64,000 bases of DNA from Patescibacteria group bacterium (GTDB lineage Bacteria > Patescibacteriota > Patescibacteriia > Patescibacteriales > UBA12465): NCBI GenBank assembly GCA_028696995.1, contig JAQVFY010000002.1:2647-66646 (forward strand), read 5' to 3'. Positions 53,845 through 61,793 of the stretch are shown piece after piece (positions within the stretch are counted from its first letter, which is position 1; each line of letters starts with the position of its first letter). The notes beneath the pieces are model-generated. The model ran no database searches. It worked only from the letters and a program-made list of their open reading frames with translations, and was not told where the DNA came from. The translations under genes were made by a program, and so were the position numbers.

Positions 53845-54993
53845 CTATCTGGACTCCCAACGATCCCTACGAAGATTCACCCCGTAGACGTTCTTGCTTC
53901 CAATGGGAAGATAAAGAATCTTCGTTTCCTTAAACTTATTGCCATAGACAATAGTTGGAATTGAAGACTCCTTCAACCGCAGCTTGAGAGTCTTACCTGG
54001 CGCTATATTATAGCTTTTCCAGGTAACTCCCTCAAAGGCATCCGTCCGGAGGTCAACCTCCGTTTTTCTCCCCTTGGCGATATATTCGTCGGGGATGAAG
54101 ACAGTCACGTCTTCGTTGCGCGTGTTGCGCATCTTGACGAGAGTCCTCTTACCGGAAAACGTCGCTTTCCCTTCATCAGCAAATGCTAATGGGTTAAAGG
54201 AAGATTTTTCCAGAATGACCTCTCCTTTAGAGATAAAGGCAGTAACACGTTCCTCGCCCGATATCCCGTTGGGAAGCCCCAGACGACAAATGAAATCGTA
54301 AACCCCGTCCGGCATCATAGCTGGGGCCAAAAATTCAAGGTTGCCCTTGTCATTGGCCTTGATAACCATATTCACGTTCCACTGCTTATTTTGCAGTGAG
54401 AAGGTGAATCCGACAGGAGATTCAACCTTCAACGTTAAAACGTTGAGGCCGAGGTCGGCGGAGGTGATGGTGGCTCTAGCCAAAATGTCGTCACCATCTG
54501 GCTCGGAATTTTGGTCAAAGTTGATTTCAAGCAACTTCTTCACTCTTTCCCCGGTAAATGGATTAGTGAATTCGGCCTGGACCAAGAGCTTCTTGGCCTT
54601 GACATCCTTCAAAATGGAAGAATAAAGCAAGGCCGAGTCTGAGCTGGCACAGGTTGTGGTCGGCGCGGTGGCGAGCTGGTAGACATCGCCAATCTTGACG
54701 ACCCGGCTCACGAATGTGAACTGGGCGGTGCTCTTGTTGACGATGTTCGAAAACTCAATCCGGTTCCGGATGGTTCCGAAATTGCCGGAAAGATAATTCT
54801 CTTGGTAAGCCGGACTTTCCCGCAGGACCAGGTCCTTTAGGATAGTCTTGTTTTCAATTTCGATGTTGCCCACGAAGGACTTCATCTCAATCGGTAAACT
54901 ACTGATTGACCTGGACGGTGTGGTCTCCTGTGCCATCAAAAAAATCGGCACAAAAAAAACAAAAACAAACAAAATTCCAAAAAATTTTTTCAT
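53845..54993 (-). CDS. Secreted protein of unknown function (G+C-rich island gene 1)
   Basis: Signal peptide MKKFFGILFVFVFFVPIFLMAQ. The RBS AGGAG lies 8 nt upstream. 382 aa with no recognisable motif. G+C is far above the window background. Confidence 0.65.
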   Translation of the reverse strand: MKKFFGILFVFVFFVPIFLMAQETTPSRSISSLPIEMKSFVGNIEIENKTILKDLVLRESPAYQENYLSGNFGTIRNRIEFSNIVNKSTAQFTFVSRVVKIGDVYQLATAPTTTCASSDSALLYSSILKDVKAKKLLVQAEFTNPFTGERVKKLLEINFDQNSEPDGDDILARATITSADLGLNVLTLKVESPVGFTFSLQNKQWNVNMVIKANDKGNLEFLAPAMMPDGVYDFICRLGLPNGISGEERVTAFISKGEVILEKSSFNPLAFADEGKATFSGKRTLVKMRNTRNEDVTVFIPDEYIAKGRKTEVDLRTDAFEGVTWKSYNIAPGKTLKLRLKESSIPTIVYGNKFKETKILYLPIGSKNVYGVNLRRDRWESR

Positions 54994-55012
54994 GATACAG
55001 TCTCCTATTTTT

Positions 55013-55112
55013 ATTGGTTAGTTTAAAATTTAATTGTCTTGCAAATCAACAAAAAATGATATTAAATCAAATAAAATCATTGACTTGCTAGACAATTAAA
55101 ATATTAACCAAT
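55013..55112 (-). promoter_or_regulatory. Long imperfect inverted repeat forming an extended stem-loop in the leader of CDS 53845..54993
   Basis: The left arm ATTGGTTAGTTTAAAATTTAATTGTCTTGCAA (55013-55044) pairs with the right arm TTGCTAGACAATTAAAATATTAACCAAT (55085-55112). An inner AATGAT...ATCATT pair lies in the loop. Confidence 0.5.
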
Positions 55113-55141
55113 CTTGTTAATGTACCTAATTTTAACTTGAA

Positions 55142-55170
55142 ATTATAGCATATAAGCATTTTTTTGTCAA
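55142..55170 (-). promoter_or_regulatory. Consensus sigma70 promoter P1 (island gene 1)
   Basis: Minus strand: TTGACA-aaaaaatgcttatatgc-TATAAT, a 17-nt spacer with TGC giving an extended -10. Confidence 0.65.
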
Positions 55171-55393
55171 TAGAGGTATAAAATAGCTTAAAATAGGGGT
55201 TTTTATCAAAAAAATAAAAATTAAAAAATTATTATAATATCTTTATATTTTAAAAATTAAATATTTTAAACAATTAAAAATTTGCTTTGCGCACTTTTTA
55301 TATAAAATTTAATGACTGTTTCTGACTATTAATACTTATTATTTTAATTAAAATAAATATTTTTACTAACTGAATTTAAATAATAAATTCTAC

Positions 55394-55424
55394 TAATAAA
55401 AAAGCAGAGATTTCTCTCTGCTTT
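55394..55424 (-). terminator. Intrinsic terminator of CDS 55444..56148
   Basis: AAGCAGAGA (55402-55410), loop TTTC, TCTCTGCTT (55415-55423). The minus-strand transcript ends in a T-run. Confidence 0.75.
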
Positions 55425-55443
55425 ACCACGATTTGACTGAACC

Positions 55444-56148
55444 TTACCTGGTTCTGTCAAGGATGCCTTGCATGGCATCCATCGTAGCGATGGCCCTTTC
55501 CATCCCGCTTGAGCAGGAGGAAGTGGGGGCTGGTGTCGGAGCCGGAACTGACTGTGGAGCGGTAACCCGCTCAACCAATGCTTGGTTGAGCTGATCCTGC
55601 TGAGCATTACGCTCAGTTTGTTCCTGCTGGCCCCTCTCCAACTTACTGATCCGCCCCGAATTGGAGCGGGACCGACGATCAGCACTTCCGGCCAAGGCTT
55701 TGGCTCTCTCGGCTTCATCTTTGGCCAGATTGGCTCTGGTTTGAGCATCACTGGCCTCAATCTGGGCCTTGTCACCCCCCCTCTCAACATTTCTGTTGAT
55801 AAGGAAGCTGGCCACAAAGATGGCCAAGATCAATCCTCCGACAATAGCTGCAACTGCCCACCAGTTAACCACTGGGGAATTAACAACAGCAACGGCGTTA
55901 GCATTGTTGCCTTGTGCTGGGTTTGGCTGTGGCTGTGGTTGTGGTACAGGTGCTGGCTGTGGAGCCGGTTGCGGCTGTGGCTGCGGTACCGGTTGCGGTT
56001 GTGGCTGTGGAGCCGGTTGCGGTTGTGGCTGTGGCTGTGGAGCCGGTTGCGGTGCTGGTGCTGGCTGTGGAGCCGGTGCCGGTTGCGGCTGTGGTTGCGG
56101 TGTAGACGGAATATCGATGTAAGTTCCGTCCGGAAGATGAATTCTCAT
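55444..56148 (-). CDS. Bitopic membrane protein with P-Q/P-A repeat region and coiled-coil-like C-terminal half (G+C-rich island gene 2)
   Basis: Track ORF (TTG 56235) trimmed to ATG 56148, which has AAGGAGG 7 nt upstream. Sequence: MRIHLPDGTYIDIPST, then 63 residues of PQ/PA/PV repeats, the TM helix WWAVAAIVGGLILAIFVASFLI, then a Q/E/R/A-rich tail. Confidence 0.65.
   Translation of the reverse strand: MRIHLPDGTYIDIPSTPQPQPQPAPAPQPAPAPQPAPQPQPQPQPAPQPQPQPVPQPQPQPAPQPAPVPQPQPQPNPAQGNNANAVAVVNSPVVNWWAVAAIVGGLILAIFVASFLINRNVERGGDKAQIEASDAQTRANLAKDEAERAKALAGSADRRSRSNSGRISKLERGQQEQTERNAQQDQLNQALVERVTAPQSVPAPTPAPTSSCSSGMERAIATMDAMQGILDRTR
55912..56100. repeat. Degenerate 6-nt tandem repeats encoding the (P-Q/A/V)n tract
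   Basis: The plus strand reads GGCTGTGGCTGTGGTTGTGG...GGTTGCGGCTGTGG. All six frames are open here, which generates the WLWLW, GCGCG and VAVVA shadow ORFs in the track. Confidence 0.85.
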
Positions 56149-56311
56149 AATAACCTCCTTTTTTTTATTGTTTTGTAAATGAATTTGCTGGTCATTTGAA
56201 GTTATAAACAAATAATGCTTTATCAAAAAATACAAGAAAATGTCTATAAACTCAAATAACCAGTAAATTCAAAAACCTTTTTGTCAAAGTTCTATTTTTA
56301 ATTAACTGAGA

Positions 56312-56340
56312 ATTATAGCATATAGACAAAAATTTGTCAA
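56312..56340 (-). promoter_or_regulatory. Consensus sigma70 promoter P2 (island gene 2)
   Basis: Minus strand: TTGACA-aatttttgtctatatgc-TATAAT, followed by TCTCAGTT. Confidence 0.65.
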
Positions 56341-56457
56341 TACTACATAAAGCCTATAAAAACGGGCTATTTTAAAGTTTTCTAAAATATTATTAAAAAA
56401 ATTATTGAAAAAAAATAAATTTAAAATACCCTACTAATAAGAAGAATTTTACTGGCC

Positions 56458-56486
56458 TTGACTTTTTTTAATAAGTATGCTATAGT
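56458..56486 (+). promoter_or_regulatory. Near-consensus promoter P3 (island gene 3), divergent from P2
   Basis: TTGACT-ttttttaataagtatgc-TATAGT, followed by TCTCAGTT. The TATGCTATARTTCTCAGTT block is shared with P2. Confidence 0.6.
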
Positions 56487-56520
56487 TCTCAGTTGTGATT
56501 TAAAATTCTTTAACAAACAA

Positions 56521-56585
56521 TTAAAGTCTCTTTAGAGAATAGGAAGGCGGTTTTTCGTTCTTTTTATTTTCTAAAGAGATTTTAA
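56521..56585 (+). promoter_or_regulatory. 16-bp stem hairpin in the leader of CDS 56615..57199
   Basis: TTAAAGTCTCTTTAGA (56521-56536) pairs with TCTAAAGAGATTTTAA (56570-56585), with one G-U pair. The loop is 33 nt. The hairpin ends 30 nt before the ATG. Confidence 0.55.
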
Positions 56586-56614
56586 TTAAAAACAAACCAA
56601 AAAAAGGAGAGAAC

Positions 56615-57199
56615 ATGGCAACTATCACAAAAAAAAACGAAATCAGCGACGCCGATGTCGCCAAGATGATCAAAAAAATGGAATCCGGCTACCCCATCCA
56701 CAATGAAAAGGGGGTAATGATCGGAATCGAAATCGAAGGCGGAGAAAGCGTTATGATCTCCAACTGGGAGCACAAGGTGCTCGCTGTCTTCGAAAACGTC
56801 CGTTTCAGGACACCGCGGGAAGACGATCAGTACCTTAAATTTGTCGACACGGCGGTCACCCTGACCAGAGGTGGCAAAATTCTGGAAATTCCGGGATACT
56901 GGAGAAGGGGTGTGTGGATCGCCAAGAAATTGGTGACCGTCACCTATCGGATGGCTGGCCAAATGTCCGCTAAAAGCGTACCGATCGGAGTGGACGCGGT
57001 AGGTAAAGTAGAAATCCGCGAATCCAGCAACTCCCACACAGGAGAAAAAAGGATAATCATAGATTACTACTTTTACCCCTCCCCCGTGCAAACCTTCTAC
57101 GAGGTAAAAATCGGAGGAAAAAAAAGGGAGAGTACCGTATTCTCCAAACCCATCCCTGGAACCGAAGAACTTATTGTCGTCAACAAAATCGGAAAATAA
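56615..57199 (+). CDS. Soluble protein of unknown function (G+C-rich island gene 3)
   Basis: AGGAGA RBS 6 nt upstream, own promoter and terminator. 194 aa with no recognisable motif. Preferred over the antisense ORF 56582..57220, which has no signals. Confidence 0.6.
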   Translation: MATITKKNEISDADVAKMIKKMESGYPIHNEKGVMIGIEIEGGESVMISNWEHKVLAVFENVRFRTPREDDQYLKFVDTAVTLTRGGKILEIPGYWRRGVWIAKKLVTVTYRMAGQMSAKSVPIGVDAVGKVEIRESSNSHTGEKRIIIDYYFYPSPVQTFYEVKIGGKKRESTVFSKPIPGTEELIVVNKIGK

Positions 57200-57222
57200 T
57201 TTCCGACCAGTTGACGCCACAC

Positions 57223-57260
57223 AAAAAGCCCAGACATCAAATCTGGGCTTTTCTTATTTT
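57223..57260. terminator. Bidirectional terminator between island gene 3 and glyQS
   Basis: AAGCCCAGA (57226-57234), loop CATCAAA, TCTGGGCTT (57242-57250). T-runs follow on both strands. Confidence 0.75.
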
Positions 57261-57272
57261 AAAATTTATTTA

Positions 57273-58694
57273 CTAATCATTAATCTTCCCCTTCAAATAA
57301 CTTACCAAGTTACTAATATTTATTCTCTTCTGCTTCATAGTATCGCGATCACGCAAAGTCACATCTCCTTTTTCTAAACTATCAAAATCAACTGTTATAC
57401 AATACGGTGTTCCAATTTCATCCTGACGACGATAACGCTTTCCAATATTACCGTTATCATCAAACTCGCAACGCCATTCTTTTTTCAAAATATCAAAAAT
57501 TTCCTTAGCCTTAGCTACCAGCTCGGGCTTGTTTTTTAATAATGGAAAAACCGCTACTTTGATAGGAGCTAATTTCGGAGCTAATTTCAAAACTATCCGA
57601 CTATCTTCCCCTTCCAAGGACTCTTCATTATAAGCATCACATAAAACCGCCAAAAAAGTCCGCCCCACACCAGCTGAAGTTTCCACCACGTAAGGAATAA
57701 ATTTTTTATTATCACTAGGATCCAAATAACTCAAATCTTGCCCCGAATGATCACTGTGCTGAGTCAAATCATAATCACCACGATTATGAATTCCTTCTAA
57801 CTCCTTGAAACCAAAAGGAAAATTATACTCAATATCATAAGCTTCCTTAGCATAAAAAACCAGATTTTCGTGTTGATGCCATTTCAAGTTTTCTTCTCTG
57901 ATACCCAAATCTAAATAAAACTTCCAACGTAAATCCTTCCATTCTTCATAATATTTTTCACTCTCATCAGGAGAAACAAAATACTGCATTTCCATTTGTT
58001 CAAATTCGCGAGTACGAAATATAAATTGCCGGGCGGTAATTTCATTACGAAAAGCCTTGCCAATTTGTGCAATACCAAAAGGAATCTTAACTCGAGTTGA
58101 ATCCAAAACATTTTTATAATTAACATAAATTCCCTGACAAGTTTCTCCCCGCAAATAGACTGGTTCTTTATCTATGTCGCCAGTAAAATTTCCCAAATTT
58201 GATTTAACTAATAAATTAAAATTCTTACTTTCACTAAAATCCTGAGCTCCACAATTAGGACACTTTATTTTATCTTTATTTTTCAAAAATATTTTATTAA
58301 TCTCCTCTTCGGTCATCTTCTCATCAGCCATAATTCCATAATCTTCTAAAAGAGCATCGAGACGCAAACGACTATGACATTTTTTACATTCGATCAAAGG
58401 ATCAGAAAAGCCTTTAACATGCCCAGAAGCCTCCCAAACCTTGGGACTCATAAAAATAGCACTATCTAAGCCAACAACATCATCACGAAATTGGGTCATA
58501 TTTTTCCACCAAATATTCTTAATATTATTAGCTAACTCTACCCCATAAGGGCCGAGATCATAGACAGCTGAAAAACCTTTGTAAATCTCCGAGGATGAAA
58601 AAACAAAACCACGACGCTTACACAGTGAAACAATTTTCTCCAAGCCATCATCTTTTCCAACCTCAGTTTTAAGTGAATTTATTTTTTTTGACAT
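57273..58694 (-). CDS. glyQS: Glycyl-tRNA synthetase (dimeric class II type)
   Basis: KRRGFVFSSSEIYKGFSAVYDLGPYGVEL, FRNEITARQFIFRTREFEQME and a C-terminal anticodon-binding domain. 473 aa. Confidence 0.92.
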   Translation of the reverse strand: MSKKINSLKTEVGKDDGLEKIVSLCKRRGFVFSSSEIYKGFSAVYDLGPYGVELANNIKNIWWKNMTQFRDDVVGLDSAIFMSPKVWEASGHVKGFSDPLIECKKCHSRLRLDALLEDYGIMADEKMTEEEINKIFLKNKDKIKCPNCGAQDFSESKNFNLLVKSNLGNFTGDIDKEPVYLRGETCQGIYVNYKNVLDSTRVKIPFGIAQIGKAFRNEITARQFIFRTREFEQMEMQYFVSPDESEKYYEEWKDLRWKFYLDLGIREENLKWHQHENLVFYAKEAYDIEYNFPFGFKELEGIHNRGDYDLTQHSDHSGQDLSYLDPSDNKKFIPYVVETSAGVGRTFLAVLCDAYNEESLEGEDSRIVLKLAPKLAPIKVAVFPLLKNKPELVAKAKEIFDILKKEWRCEFDDNGNIGKRYRRQDEIGTPYCITVDFDSLEKGDVTLRDRDTMKQKRINISNLVSYLKGKIND

Positions 58695-58730
58695 ATATTA
58701 TTTTATTAATTTAAAAATTTTAATATTTTA

Positions 58731-60413
58731 TTAAATTTCATCCAAACTATCAATACCCAAAAGACCTAAGGCGTTTTCCGCCACCAAAGCAATAGCTCCC
58801 ATAAAAATCAAACGAGCTTTCTTAGTATCTTTCTCGGATGATAGAACCTTAACATTCTGATAATAATCGCTAAATAATTTAAAAAGTTCAAACAAATACT
58901 TAGCAATCTCACTAGGATCAAAATTGTCCCCAGCACGTTTAACTATATCTGAATATTTTGCTAACTTCAAAGAAATTTTCTTCTCATAATCAGTTTTTAG
59001 ATTGCTAAAATCAACCCCTTTAACGCCCCTAAGTTTAAATCTAGATTTTTTTAAAATACTTTTAATACGAACTAAGCCATACAAAATATACAGAGCGCTA
59101 AAACCATCAAATTTAATTGCTTCTTCCATACTAAAAGTGATAATTTTCCGAGGTGAAACTTTTAGCATCTCAAATTTCAAAATAGCAATAGTTAACAACT
59201 CACAATTTTTCTTAATTTTTTTATCACTCCAATCTGGATGTCTTTTTTTGCTTTCTATTATTAATTTATCTAAAACTTTTTCATATAAATCATAAAAAGA
59301 AATAGCATTACCCGAACGAGAAGACATCATTCCCTCGGGTAAAGTAATAAAATCATAAGATAAATGTTTAAAATTTTGCCTATAACCAAGTAAACTTAAA
59401 ACTTTAAATAATTGTTTAAAATACAAGCTCTGTCGAACATCAACCACTACAAAAGAATTTTTCAATTTCTTAAAATCTTTAAATTTTCTCTCAGCCAAAG
59501 CTAGGTCAGCCACTGGATAAAGAGCTGTCCCATCACTTCTAATAATCGGCAAAACACCTAAGTCATATTTTTCTAAATCAGCAATAATTGCTCCCTCACT
59601 TTGGCGTAAAACTCTTTTTTTAATAAGGTGCTTAACCATTTCTTTCCCCTGATCAATTACTTCACTTTCAAAATAATTTTTCTTAAATTTTATTTTCAAT
59701 TTTTTATAAATTCCATTAAATTCCCCAAGGCTAATCTTTCTGGTTTTCCGCCAAACCTTATAATTCTCACCACGACAAGCCTCGATATCAGACATAATTT
59801 TAGAAATTTCCCTTAATAAATCAGGATTTTCTTCTATTTCCTTTACCGTTTCGCTATAACATTTATTTAAATCTGGATTATGAGATTTTTTGTAATTCCA
59901 AATAGCTTTAGCCGTATGAATACCAAAATCATTAATATAAGAAACGGGGTAAGAATTAAAACCATTAGCCCTGTGCAAACGACACAGAGAATCCCCCAAT
60001 GAAATATTTCTCAAATGACCAATGTGAAAATTTTTATGAGTGTTTACATTGGAAAATTCAAAAATACTGAGATCGCCATCACCGTCACTATTTTGACCAT
60101 AATCTCGACCACGAGAAAAAATATTTCCCAATAATTCTGTTATTAAAAAATTAGGTTTAATAAAAAAATTTAAATAAGGTCCAGCAATTTCTATCTTTTC
60201 TAAAATATTCATTAAATCATCTCGATCTAATAAATCTTCTTTTATTTTTTCGGCAATTTCTACTGGAGACATTTTTTTCTCCTGCGATAACTTAAATAAC
60301 GGCCAAGAAAAATCACCTAAATCACTGTTTGGCGGATAAACCAAATCATCCTCGGAAATATTTAAAGCCTCAGCTATTTTAATTTTAATTTTATCTAAAA
60401 TCATAAAAAACAA
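58731..60413 (-). CDS. argS: Arginyl-tRNA synthetase
   Basis: NVNTHKNFHIGHLRN (HIGH), MSSRSG (KMSK-like) and a C-terminal DALR-type helical domain. 560 aa. An alternative ATG lies 3 codons in. Confidence 0.9.
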   Translation of the reverse strand: MFFMILDKIKIKIAEALNISEDDLVYPPNSDLGDFSWPLFKLSQEKKMSPVEIAEKIKEDLLDRDDLMNILEKIEIAGPYLNFFIKPNFLITELLGNIFSRGRDYGQNSDGDGDLSIFEFSNVNTHKNFHIGHLRNISLGDSLCRLHRANGFNSYPVSYINDFGIHTAKAIWNYKKSHNPDLNKCYSETVKEIEENPDLLREISKIMSDIEACRGENYKVWRKTRKISLGEFNGIYKKLKIKFKKNYFESEVIDQGKEMVKHLIKKRVLRQSEGAIIADLEKYDLGVLPIIRSDGTALYPVADLALAERKFKDFKKLKNSFVVVDVRQSLYFKQLFKVLSLLGYRQNFKHLSYDFITLPEGMMSSRSGNAISFYDLYEKVLDKLIIESKKRHPDWSDKKIKKNCELLTIAILKFEMLKVSPRKIITFSMEEAIKFDGFSALYILYGLVRIKSILKKSRFKLRGVKGVDFSNLKTDYEKKISLKLAKYSDIVKRAGDNFDPSEIAKYLFELFKLFSDYYQNVKVLSSEKDTKKARLIFMGAIALVAENALGLLGIDSLDEI

Positions 60414-60417
60414 ATAA

Positions 60418-61635
60418 CTATTTTATTTTTGTCTTAACAAACAAACGTTTGCCTCTCTGAATTATTAAAGCATCTTTTAATTCCACTTCTAAACCAACAT
60501 CTCCCACAGCCTGCTCATCAACTTTTATACCTCCCTGCTCTATTAAACGTCGCGCTTCACCCTTACTGCTAACCAATTTTACAGCAAGTAATAAATCGAC
60601 AATATTCATTTTACCTGGAGACAGATAAACCTCTGGTAAATCAGCAGGAATCTCTTTTTTTTGAAAAGTGTTTATAAAATGCTCTTGCGCTTTTTTAGCT
60701 AAATTTTCGCCATAATATATTTTAACAATTTCATAAGCTAAACGCATTTTTAAATCTTTGGGATTAATTTCATTTCTCTCCATTTTGCCCTTCATCTCCA
60801 AAATCTCAGACATATCAACCCGGGTACATAATTCCATAGCATTAATAATAAGGCCATCAGCCCAAGACATCACCTTGCCAAACATTTCAGTGTTGCTTTC
60901 ATTTAAAAAGACAGCATTGCCCTCACTTTTTCCCATTTTATTACCATGATCATCAGCTAATAACTTCATAGTCAAAACAAATTTTTCTTTGTGATTAATA
61001 GCTTTTTGCAAATCACGTCCACATAACATATTGAACATCTGATCATTTCCGCCTATCTCCAAATCAACATTCATAGCCACACTATCATAGCCCTGAGCTA
61101 AGGGGTATAAAAATTCATGTAAATATATCGGACGATTTTCTTCTAAGCGTTTTTGAAACATATCACGCTGAATCATTTGTTGAACAGTAAAATGAGAAGA
61201 CAATTCTATCAAATCCTTAAAGCTTAATTTGTCATTCCACTTACTATTGCGTAAAACTTTAGCCTTGTTTTTTCCAGAAAATTTCAAAAAAGCTGAGGCC
61301 TGCTTTTTATAAGACTTAGAATTATTTTTAACTTCATCTCTAGTCATTTTCTTGCGCACCGCCCCTTTATCAGTCGGATCTCCAATCATTCCAGTAAATT
61401 CGCCAATTAAAAAAATAACCTCATGTCCCAGATCCTGAAATTGACCTAACTTATTGATAGAAATAGCATTACCAATATGTAAAGAAGAGGCACTCGGATC
61501 ATACCCACAATATAATTTTATTCGTTCACCGCTCAATAATTTCTTTTTTAAAGTCTCTTTATCTGGATATACTTTTTCCACTCCTCTCTCCAAGAGCTCG
61601 TCTATCTTTTTTTCATCTACTATGATTTTTCCCAT
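60418..61635 (-). CDS. tyrS: Tyrosyl-tRNA synthetase
   Basis: SLHIGNAI (HIGH), KMGKS and a C-terminal S4-like domain (EARRLIEQGGIKVDEQAV). 405 aa. Confidence 0.92.
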   Translation of the reverse strand: MGKIIVDEKKIDELLERGVEKVYPDKETLKKKLLSGERIKLYCGYDPSASSLHIGNAISINKLGQFQDLGHEVIFLIGEFTGMIGDPTDKGAVRKKMTRDEVKNNSKSYKKQASAFLKFSGKNKAKVLRNSKWNDKLSFKDLIELSSHFTVQQMIQRDMFQKRLEENRPIYLHEFLYPLAQGYDSVAMNVDLEIGGNDQMFNMLCGRDLQKAINHKEKFVLTMKLLADDHGNKMGKSEGNAVFLNESNTEMFGKVMSWADGLIINAMELCTRVDMSEILEMKGKMERNEINPKDLKMRLAYEIVKIYYGENLAKKAQEHFINTFQKKEIPADLPEVYLSPGKMNIVDLLLAVKLVSSKGEARRLIEQGGIKVDEQAVGDVGLEVELKDALIIQRGKRLFVKTKIK

Positions 61636-61793
61636 ATTTTTAATATTTTTTATTTAAAAGCCTAATATTCATTAATATTGTATATTATTTATTGCTTTTT
61701 GGCAAACTGAAATTAAACCTATTTTTCTTTTACATTTTTAAAAAATATGTTATAATTTTAATATAAATTAATTTAAAATTAAATTTTAAAATT

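Noticed and set aside
55344-56178. Track ORFs 55582..56178 (+), 55769..56122 (+), 55914..56105 (+) and 55344..55817 (-), with odd WLWLW, GCGCG, VAVVAV or P/R-rich translations
   Set aside because: They are alternative-frame or antisense readings of the hexanucleotide repeat and the G+C-rich body of CDS 55444..56148. None has an RBS or promoter, whereas the chosen frame has AAGGAGG, a TM helix and a terminator.
56582-57220. 212-aa minus-strand ORF fully antisense to CDS 56615..57199
   Set aside because: G+C-rich coding DNA often stays open on the opposite strand. The plus-strand ORF has a promoter, RBS and terminator in the right places, and the minus ORF has none. Its translation is G/F/D-rich with no pattern.
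53786-57260. Prophage, transposon or integrative element explanation for the G+C-rich island
   Set aside because: I saw no integrase, transposase, terminal inverted repeats, flanking direct repeats or tRNA target. The mobility mechanism is therefore left open rather than asserted.
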